Source of the DNA: an uncultured Muribaculaceae bacterium
Lineage (GTDB): Bacteria; Bacteroidota; Bacteroidia; Bacteroidales; Muribaculaceae
Reading direction: 5' to 3'
Length of the DNA stretch: 64,000 nt
Assembly (NCBI GenBank): GCA_910584665.1
Contig: CAJUBL010000005.1
Coordinates: 866 to 64,865 of the forward strand
Within the stretch, counting starts at the first letter, position 1, and each line of letters starts with the position of its first letter. The notes below the pieces were generated by a model, which did not search any database, had not been told where the DNA came from, and was given only the letters and a program-made list of their open reading frames with translations. A program made the position numbers and the translations under genes. Of the stretch, positions 58,826 to 64,000 are shown piece after piece.

Positions 58826-59824
58826 ATGAAGAAATTTTCTGTTATTATTCCGGTCTACAATCGGCCAGATGAAATCAATGAATTACTTGACAGCCTGTCA
58901 CGACAATCATATTCCGACTTTGAGGTTATCATCGTCGAGGATGGATCGACATTACCATGTCATGAGATTGTCGACCGATATGCCGGCCGCCTCGATATCA
59001 GATACATATATAAAGATAATGAGGGCCGGTCAATAGCCAGAAATGCAGGCATAGAAGCTTCGGACGGAGACTATCTGGTATTCTTCGATTCGGACTGCGT
59101 CATACCTCCGCAGTATTTCGAGTCTCTTAACAAATATCTGACCGCCAGTCCGGCAGACTGCTACGGTGGTCCGGATGCGGCGCATGACTCTTTCAGTGAC
59201 ACACAGAAAGCTATCAACTACGCCATGACCTCGTTCCTGACTACCGGCGGCATACGCGGCGGGAAGATACAGCTCGAAAAGTTCGTACCCCGCACATTCA
59301 ATACCGGTTTCAGCCGCAAGGTTTATGACCATGTCGGCGGGTTCCGCGAGATGTTCTCTGAAGACATCGACATGAGCACGCGTATAAAACAGGCAGGATT
59401 CTCCATCGCGCTGATACGGGAAGCGTTCGTCTACCACAAGCGTCGCGTGAATTTCAGGAAATTTCTGCGTCAGGTATACGTCTTCGGCATGTCACGCATC
59501 ACACTCAGACTGCTATATCCCGACTCACTCAAGCTTGTCCACACACTGCCTGCATTGTTTGTCGCAGGATGTGTTGTCCTCGTAACACTGGGGTGCACAG
59601 TGTCACCATGGTTTCTGACACCGATCGGCGCCTATATCGTCCTGCTGTTTGCTGACGCACTTGTGTCAACCCGGAGTCTTAAAATAGCGGCAATGGCCAT
59701 TCCGGCGGCATTCATACAGCTGTGGGGTTACGGATGCGGCTTCATAAAGGCTTTCGTGCTCAAAATTCTGCTTGGTCACGGACGTAACATAGATGAAGAA
59801 ATCAGATTAAGAAAAGGCAAGTAA
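58826..59824 (+). CDS. family 2 glycosyltransferase with C-terminal TM segments
   Basis: FSVIIPVYNRPDEINELLDSL, EVIIVEDGS, FFDSDC (DxD), and hydrophobic C-terminal helices. Confidence 0.85.
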   Translation: MKKFSVIIPVYNRPDEINELLDSLSRQSYSDFEVIIVEDGSTLPCHEIVDRYAGRLDIRYIYKDNEGRSIARNAGIEASDGDYLVFFDSDCVIPPQYFESLNKYLTASPADCYGGPDAAHDSFSDTQKAINYAMTSFLTTGGIRGGKIQLEKFVPRTFNTGFSRKVYDHVGGFREMFSEDIDMSTRIKQAGFSIALIREAFVYHKRRVNFRKFLRQVYVFGMSRITLRLLYPDSLKLVHTLPALFVAGCVVLVTLGCTVSPWFLTPIGAYIVLLFADALVSTRSLKIAAMAIPAAFIQLWGYGCGFIKAFVLKILLGHGRNIDEEIRLRKGK

Positions 59825-59828
59825 TACC

Positions 59829-60545
59829 ATGTATGACGAGGATTTCAACCCGCCGGCAGTACCCCGTGTAGCCGATCTTGACATTGACGACAAGCCACGA
59901 GAAAAAGCTATGAGAAACGGCATCCAGTCACTGAGCAAAGCCGAGCTTATGGCCATAATTCTTGGAAGCGGTATTGTAGGAAAGTCTGTAATAGCGCTTA
60001 GTCAGGACATTCTGCGAGACAATGACAACAGCCTGCACAGGCTGTCACAGATGAGCGTTGACGAACTGTGCTCCCGTTACAAAGGTATCGGACCGGCCAA
60101 AGCTATCAGCCTCAAGGCTGCGGTAGAACTCGGCACACGCAGTGTCGAGGACGGCCAGGTACTTCCAGAACAGATCACAGGAGGACATGATGTATATAAT
60201 CTTATGAGACAGAAACTCCAGAATATCAATTATGAAGAATTCTGGGTATTGCATCTTTCACGTTCCAACAGAGTCATCTCACGTGAATGTGTGAGCCGAG
60301 GCGGTACTGCAGGCACAGTAGTCGACACCAAGCTTATACTGAAAAGCGCTATCAACAAACTCGCATCGTCACTGATACTTGTCCACAACCATCCGTCAGG
60401 CACACTACGTCCAAGCGGTGAGGACGACAACATAACCCGCCGTATAAAGGAAGCCGCCAGACTGCTTGACATCCGCCTTCTCGACCACGTGATCATAACC
60501 TCCACAGGTTACTACTCATACAACGACAACAACCGGCTGTCATAA
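59829..60545 (+). CDS. radC: RadC-family JAB/MPN domain protein
   Basis: 238 aa. HhH region (LSKAELMAIILGSG) and a JAMM motif (LVHNHPSGTLRPSGED). Confidence 0.9.
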   Translation: MYDEDFNPPAVPRVADLDIDDKPREKAMRNGIQSLSKAELMAIILGSGIVGKSVIALSQDILRDNDNSLHRLSQMSVDELCSRYKGIGPAKAISLKAAVELGTRSVEDGQVLPEQITGGHDVYNLMRQKLQNINYEEFWVLHLSRSNRVISRECVSRGGTAGTVVDTKLILKSAINKLASSLILVHNHPSGTLRPSGEDDNITRRIKEAARLLDIRLLDHVIITSTGYYSYNDNNRLS

Positions 60546-60584
60546 CCATTTAAAGCGCACCATCCGGATGCTGGGGATTGAAAG

Positions 60585-60817
60585 CGCAGATTTCGCAGAT
60601 TATTTTTGAGCGTGCCGGTCAAGAAAAGAACCGCAAATTACGCAAATTACGCAAATTATTTTTGGGGTGGGCCGGACAGTCGTATCAACCTGACTTTTTT
60701 GCGTAATTTGCGGTTAAATTTTTACTCCGGATGGCTCTTTTAATCTGCGATCTTCGTTCCTCCTTATCCATATATGCAGAACGCTTTCGTAGCGAAGCGT
60801 AGAGAGAATCTGCGATT
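60585..60817. repeat. nested direct and inverted repeat cluster (cgcaNatt family)
   Basis: Direct ~36-nt repeats at 60585-60620 and 60641-60677. 3 x 9-bp tandem cgcaaatta at 60632-60658. Inverted partners at 60701-60715 (gcgtaatttgcggtt), 60741-60751 and 60806-60817 (aatctgcga). Confidence 0.7.
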
Positions 60818-60950
60818 TAATCTTCCCCTCCGGATGAGCCATTCAAATCACACGTGAGGATTTATTTGCGCAGACACGGATTTGTTCTTACCTTTGCAGT
60901 GTCGTTAACGGCCTGACTGCCGCGGCGGCACGAGATAGTTTACATATTAT

Positions 60951-61049
60951 TAATTGGGGGTGCGACGGCCGCGCTATACCGAGTGTGACCGAAGCTGAGA
61001 TCAGACCCTTAGAACCTGAACCGGGTAATACCGGCGTAGTGAAAATTAA
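60951..61049 (+). promoter_or_regulatory. TPP (THI-box) riboswitch
   Basis: GGGGTGC...GCTGAGATCAGACCCTTAGAACCTGAACCGGGTAATACCGGCGTAG is the hallmark TPP aptamer sequence. The candidate P1 (ttaatt/aattaa) abuts the ATG at 61050. Confidence 0.9.
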
Positions 61050-63290
61050 ATGATGAAGAAAAATCTCTTCCATCGCGCCGGCGTGGCTGTCATAATCACA
61101 GCCATGCCGGGAGTTGTTGTCGCTCAAAAACATAGCTCCGACAGCACAGTAGTAAATCTCAACACAGTCGAGGTAGTGTCAAACCGCGCGGGAGCCACCA
61201 CTCCCGTAGCCTTTACCAACGTGACCGCGGCCCAGATAGCCAGAATCAACGATGGCCGCGACGTCCCGTTTCTTCTCGAATCGGTACCATCAGTACTCGT
61301 AACAGGCGATGCCGGCGGCGGCATAGGATACTCAGCGATACGTGTACGCGGCACCGATGCCTCACGTATCAATATCACAGCCAACGGTATCCCCATCAAT
61401 GACTCAGAAAGCCACAATGTCTACTGGGTCAATATGCCTGACCTCGTATCGTCGGTACGCGACATACAGGTGCAGCGTGGTGCCGGGACATCGACCAACG
61501 GCGCCGGAGCCTTCGGCGCCAGCATAAACATGACCACCGACGCTCCGCGCCGCGAACGGTATGCCGATGTGGCAATGTCGTACGGATCGTACAACTCCAA
61601 CCGCCAGACGGTAAAAGTAGGCTCGGGAATGTTTGGCGACCACTGGAGTGTCGATGCACGCTTCAGCCATATCGGCTCTGACGGCTATATAGACCGTGCT
61701 TTTTCAAAATTATGGAGCTATCAGGGACAGCTCTCATACTCATCGACAAACACACTTGCAAGACTTCTCGCATTCGGCGGCAGGGAACAGACCTATATGG
61801 CCTGGGACTATGCCTCGCGCGAGGAAATGGAAAAATACGGCCGTCGCTACAACCCTTGCGGACAGTACACAGACGCAGATGGAAACACCGCCTATTACCC
61901 GGATCAGTGTGACAACTTCACTCAACATCACATCCAGCTATTGCTGACACAGAATATCGTTCATGGGCTCACTCTTAATGCCGCTCTTCATTACACCAAG
62001 GGAGACGGATATTACGACCAGTACAAGACCGGAAGAACACTGGCAGAATATGGACTGAAACCATTTATTGATGCTGACGGTCAGGAAGTCGAGGAGAGCG
62101 ACCTGATACGTCTGAAGTACAACGACAACGACTTTGGAGGAGGTATGTTCAATATCAGATACAATTCGGAACGTGCTAATGTAACTGTAGGAAGTGCAGC
62201 GAACTATCATCGTGGCAAGCACTTCGGCCGCATCAAATGGGTGCGCAACTACGTGGGTGGCATAAATCCGCTACAGGAATATTACTATAACACCGGCCGC
62301 AAGTCCGATTTCAATATCTATAGCCGCGCTGATGTGAACATAACCCGCGGACTCACAGGATATGCCGACCTTCAATACCGTCACATACACTATACGATCA
62401 ACGGCGTAAGTGACAATTTTGACTGGAATACAGGGGGAATGGCACAGCTGGACGTACATCAGAACTACAACTTCTTCAACCCCAAGGCCGGACTTAACTA
62501 CACCTGGAAATCCCACCGCGCCTTTGCATCCTGGAGTGTGGCTCACAAAGAACCTGTACGTGATAATTTTACCGACGGAGATCCCCGACATGTCCCCAGT
62601 GCCGAACGCCTCTTCGACTATGAGCTCGGATACAACTACACGTCAAGACTACTGAGTCTCGGAATCAATCTCTACTATATGGACTACAAGGATCAGCTCG
62701 TAGTCACCGGCCAGTTGTCCGACACAGGCAACGCACTGAGTGTCAACGTACCGTCAAGCTACCGCATGGGTATCGAAATGCAGGCCTCTTTAAGACCGCT
62801 GTCGTGGTTCGACTGGGATATCAACGCCACACTTTCACGCAACCGGATAAAGAACTTTACAGAATACATCTACGAGGACGAATGGACCAATCCAATATCC
62901 TTTGACCGCGGAGACACCCCCATTGCATTCTCACCGTCTGTGATAATGCACAACTCGTTCAATTTCCACGTGCGTGATTTTGAAGCGTCACTCGTCACAC
63001 GATATGTGTCGAGCCAGTATATGAACAACGCCCGTTCGGCAGAAGCCCGTCTCGACGAATACTGCGTGAGCGATCTCCGATTAGGCTATACATGGCATAA
63101 TCTACACGGGATCAAGGCTCTCCGTCTTGGACTGACAGTATATAACCTGTTTGACAAGAAATACTGTAACAACGGCTACGCAGGTGCAGGATACTACACA
63201 GACGGCAACGACAGAATAATATACCGCTACGCCGGCTATGCCGCCCAGGCTACAACCAACTTCATGGGAACAGTGTCTCTCAGTTTCTGA
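61050..63290 (+). CDS. TonB-dependent outer membrane receptor (thiamine-regulated)
   Basis: 746 aa with a signal peptide, plug domain and a 22-strand-type barrel ending in ...GTVSLSF. Sits directly behind the TPP riboswitch. Confidence 0.9.
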   Translation: MMKKNLFHRAGVAVIITAMPGVVVAQKHSSDSTVVNLNTVEVVSNRAGATTPVAFTNVTAAQIARINDGRDVPFLLESVPSVLVTGDAGGGIGYSAIRVRGTDASRINITANGIPINDSESHNVYWVNMPDLVSSVRDIQVQRGAGTSTNGAGAFGASINMTTDAPRRERYADVAMSYGSYNSNRQTVKVGSGMFGDHWSVDARFSHIGSDGYIDRAFSKLWSYQGQLSYSSTNTLARLLAFGGREQTYMAWDYASREEMEKYGRRYNPCGQYTDADGNTAYYPDQCDNFTQHHIQLLLTQNIVHGLTLNAALHYTKGDGYYDQYKTGRTLAEYGLKPFIDADGQEVEESDLIRLKYNDNDFGGGMFNIRYNSERANVTVGSAANYHRGKHFGRIKWVRNYVGGINPLQEYYYNTGRKSDFNIYSRADVNITRGLTGYADLQYRHIHYTINGVSDNFDWNTGGMAQLDVHQNYNFFNPKAGLNYTWKSHRAFASWSVAHKEPVRDNFTDGDPRHVPSAERLFDYELGYNYTSRLLSLGINLYYMDYKDQLVVTGQLSDTGNALSVNVPSSYRMGIEMQASLRPLSWFDWDINATLSRNRIKNFTEYIYEDEWTNPISFDRGDTPIAFSPSVIMHNSFNFHVRDFEASLVTRYVSSQYMNNARSAEARLDEYCVSDLRLGYTWHNLHGIKALRLGLTVYNLFDKKYCNNGYAGAGYYTDGNDRIIYRYAGYAAQATTNFMGTVSLSF

Positions 63291-63297
63291 AAAAACA

Positions 63298-63882
63298 ATG
63301 AACATAGACCTTGTAATCGAGATTGCCGGTTTCATACTCGGACTACTGTACCTGTGGTACGAGTATCATGCCGATCCGCGTCTCTGGCTGGTGTCGGTCA
63401 TCATGCCGGCAATCTCGATGTACATATATTACAGCCGCGGCCTTTATGCCGACTTCGGCATAAATATATATTATCTGCTGATCGCACTTTACGGCTATCT
63501 TCACTGGACGCGCTCCGGGAAAACCGGTCCGGCGAAGACTAAGAAACGAAATATAAGCCATACCCCGCTGTGGGGATGGTGCGTTGTCATTACATCTCTT
63601 GCCCTGCTGTGGGTAACTCTATGGTATTTCCTCTCTACATTCACCGACAGCACCGTACCCGTGGCAGACGCGTTCACAACGGCATTCAGCATAGTGGCCA
63701 CATGGATGCTGGCCCGCAAGTGGGCCGAGCAATGGCTCGCATGGATTGTCATTGATTTCGCCTGTGTAGGACTATATATATATAAGGGGATCTATTTCTA
63801 CGCTACCCTGTATGCCGTCTACACGGCAATAGCATTCTTAGGCTACCGGAAGTGGTGCCGCATGATTACGGCATCAGAATAG
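63298..63882 (+). CDS. pnuT: PnuC-family transporter (thiamine-type PnuT)
   Basis: The ATG at 63298 (MNIDLVIEIAGFILGLLYLWYEYH...) gives 194 aa with ~7 TM, PnuC-like. Its context behind a TPP riboswitch and TBDR matches the Bacteroides thiamine uptake arrangement. Confidence 0.8.
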   Translation: MNIDLVIEIAGFILGLLYLWYEYHADPRLWLVSVIMPAISMYIYYSRGLYADFGINIYYLLIALYGYLHWTRSGKTGPAKTKKRNISHTPLWGWCVVITSLALLWVTLWYFLSTFTDSTVPVADAFTTAFSIVATWMLARKWAEQWLAWIVIDFACVGLYIYKGIYFYATLYAVYTAIAFLGYRKWCRMITASE

Positions 63883-64000
63883 AGTAAGCTGTACCGGAGG
63901 CATGGCAACCGCATGCATTCTTACCGCACGGCGCTCGCGCCAGCCGAGAGTACCGTTGCGCAACTCCACGGTAACGAGACCGGCGACACCGCCAAGATGC
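63874..64000 (-). CDS. 3' end of a convergent gene running off the window (unknown product)
   Basis: Hand translation of the minus strand gives an open frame ...HLGGVAGLVTVELRNGTLGWRERRAVRMHAVAMPPVQLTLF* with a stop at 63874-63876. Only 41 codons are visible. Confidence 0.3.
   Translation of the reverse strand, partial: HLGGVAGLVTVELRNGTLGWRERRAVRMHAVAMPPVQLTLF

Noticed and set aside
60632-60658. A possible CRISPR array or minisatellite (3 x cgcaaatta).
   Set aside because: The units are only 9 bp, contiguous with no spacers, and number only three. No cas genes are in the window. It is treated as part of the nested repeat cluster instead.
60888-61133. An 81-aa minus-strand ORF covering the TPP riboswitch and the receptor start.
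   Set aside because: The region is fully explained by a high-confidence riboswitch and the TonB-dependent receptor signal peptide on the plus strand.

Overview
This 64-kb window looks like a chromosomal segment of a Bacteroidota genome, probably order Bacteroidales. The signs are a SusC/SusD pair, ECF sigma/FecR/STN-SusC signalling, a T9SS-like C-terminal tail, TAnnTTTG promoter boxes, and typical synteny (dnaN-exonuclease-coaBC-DUF4835-recN, rsfS-ftsH, DUF3822-rsmD). No searches were run: every family name comes from reading the translations and from memory, and all coordinates were checked by hand against the sequence.

Contents, left to right:
- 0.1-1.4 kb: an AT-rich, translationally coupled DUF3791/DUF3990/DUF3791 triad.
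- 1.5-7.2 kb: a three-gene RND efflux operon.
- 7.4-15.2 kb: a housekeeping block from dnaN to purT.
- 15.3-32.6 kb: a 10-gene, single-strand polysaccharide utilization locus (PUL). Its enzymes centre on phosphodiesters: an EEP protein, an SGNH-GDPD fusion, a GH3, and a GlpT/UhpC-like MFS transporter.
- 32.9-46.4 kb: an envelope and housekeeping block (TlpA-like protein, beta-barrels, PCMD lipoprotein, ftsH, rsfS, LolE-like permease, aminotransferase, dcp).
- 46.4-55.0 kb: an ~8.5-kb AT-rich accessory island. It holds a 12-gene tightly coupled operon headed by a small radical-SAM activase-like gene and a Cys-rich membrane-anchored CarboxypepD_reg protein, followed by membrane-protein and lipoprotein cassettes. 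It also holds a MntA/HepT toxin-antitoxin pair whose toxin carries an in-frame TAA.
- 55.0-64.0 kb: the rsmD block, tRNA-Arg(CCT), a GT2 gene, radC, a repeat-dense spacer, and a TPP-riboswitch-controlled TonB-dependent receptor plus PnuT.

The best candidate for an undescribed system is the radical-SAM-headed island operon. The second is the PUL, which may target glycerophosphate-containing polymers.
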